This document shows positions 63,175-64,000 of a stretch of 64,000 bases of DNA, piece after piece (the first letter of the stretch is position 1; every line of letters starts with the position of its first letter). The notes beneath the pieces are model-generated. The model had not been told where the DNA came from and made no database searches. It saw only the letters and a program-made list of their open reading frames with translations. Origin of the DNA: an uncultured Alphaproteobacteria bacterium (lineage in GTDB: Bacteria > Pseudomonadota > Alphaproteobacteria > CAAHEQ01 > UBA3637); NCBI GenBank assembly GCA_949292205.1, contig CASEYR010000001.1, forward strand, positions 2,721-66,720, given 5' to 3'. The position numbers were made by a program, and so were the translations under genes.

Positions 63175-63606
63175 TCATCTGCTTTTATCTTCATACAATG
63201 CCTTCTTAACTAATGGTTTAATACCATTCCAGAATTGAATTAAATTTGGATATGATAGAGTTTTATCAACCTTATCATAAGGAACCCAAATAATTTCATG
63301 CACAAGATCTGGATTAAAACTTGTTGTGGAAGGCCCTATATCTTGTGCTAAAAAATAAAAAGCTTCTGTTTTATCACCTTTTGAATCTATGTACCTTAAA
63401 ACCGGAAGCGGTTGTGATGGAATAATGGCACACATCCGCCCTGTTTCTTCTTCCGTTTCTCTCATAGCACATTCTTCTAAAGTTTCTCCCTCTTCTAAAT
63501 GACCTTTTGAAAAAGAATAATCTTTTTGCTTTTGTCTATAGATCAACCCAATCATTTTTGTTTTTTTATTTATTAAAATACAGCCGGCTTTTTTAACAAT
63601 TGTCAT
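63175..63606 (-). CDS. NUDIX hydrolase
   Basis: 143 aa with the Nudix box GHLEEGETLEECAMRETEEETG. AGGAG lies 7 nt upstream. Confidence 0.85.
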   Translation of the reverse strand: MTIVKKAGCILINKKTKMIGLIYRQKQKDYSFSKGHLEEGETLEECAMRETEEETGRMCAIIPSQPLPVLRYIDSKGDKTEAFYFLAQDIGPSTTSFNPDLVHEIIWVPYDKVDKTLSYPNLIQFWNGIKPLVKKALYEDKSR

Positions 63607-64000
63607 ATGAAACTCCTTTTTAAGTTAGATTAGTACCTAAAAAGAAAAGTATAATTTTAGAAAAAACAATGCAATAATTTTGTGGTTAAATGAGAAAAAA
63701 ATATCTTTGCCAAAAATTCTTTGAGTGGCAAAGAAAACACGAATATTTTTGTAAAGATATGTCATTAATATAAGCAAAATCAAAGTTGAAAAGATGAATA
63801 GTATTTGATATCAAAAATATGTTTTTTCGCTTTTTATTTATGTCCTGCTTGATAGAATAGGAAAAAAAGAGAAGGCCTAAAAATGCGTTTTTAAAGTGTA
63901 GCAAGGTTTGACAGGTATATGTGACTGAAGTTCACTTGACACATATCTGATAAGTATATTTTTTAACAGGAAAGTATATGCTAAACGGAAATAATTGCGC

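Noticed and set aside
63686-63904. A 72-aa ORF in the AT-rich region after the Nudix gene, and a possible new plus-strand gene start at 63978 (AGGAAAG then ATG).
   Set aside because: The 72-aa ORF is low-complexity, lacks an SD and lies in promoter-like AT-rich DNA. The 63978 start has only 23 nt inside the window, too little to support a call.
1-64000. CRISPR arrays, rRNA or tRNA genes, transposases, integrases and prophage blocks.
   Set aside because: I saw no regularly spaced direct repeats, no cloverleaf-like GC-rich segments in the intergenic regions I read, and no recombinase or transposase-like ORFs. By-eye scanning is not exhaustive, so tRNAscan-SE, Infernal and ISfinder should confirm.

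Overview
This is a 64-kb chromosomal segment from an AT-rich Gram-negative bacterium. The synteny is proteobacterial (fabG-acpP-fabF-mltG, hfq-hflX, plsY-dprA-topA, prmA next to aminopeptidase P). It looks most like a host-associated or anaerobe-adapted alphaproteobacterium, but the window alone cannot settle taxonomy. About 55 protein genes are supported. I recognised no rRNA, tRNA, CRISPR array, transposase or integrase.

The housekeeping backbone covers fatty-acid synthesis, RecJ, TopA, DprA, PlsY, Hfq/HflX, TrmB, PrmA, an ABC-F ATPase and rRNA methyltransferases. Interleaved with it are:
- A glycogen gene set split over three loci: glgP; glgA coupled to a meso-DAP dehydrogenase; and glgB-glgX-malQ coupled to an acyl-ACP thioesterase.
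- An anaerobic or oxidative-stress toolkit: pyruvate phosphate dikinase, pflB-pflA, a flavodiiron protein and a small EncFtn-like half-ferritin.
- UDP-glucuronate and UDP-xylose genes.
- Several visibly more AT-rich accessory patches at about 39.9-43.5 kb, 53.2-54.4 kb and 58.8-64 kb.

The accessory patches hold the most unusual content:
- A four-gene overlapping cluster: HAD phosphatase, HD-like protein, methyltransferase and an unknown protein.
- A sialyltransferase-like membrane glycosyltransferase.
- An ankyrin-repeat protein.
- A PcfJ-like protein fused to Cys-containing LRR-like repeats.
- A single-chain tandem ArsR regulator heading an operon with an unknown protein and a membrane-anchored CPHC thioredoxin-fold protein.
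- A 175-aa protein with 23 cysteines that sits in frame behind a Nudix gene.

The best non-coding candidate is a roughly 200-nt structured leader on the minus strand, upstream of a small lipoprotein gene (51524-51743). It has a mutually exclusive long stem and terminator, and I cannot assign it to any riboswitch class I know. All calls come from reading the sequence and the ORF translations by eye; no database search was run.
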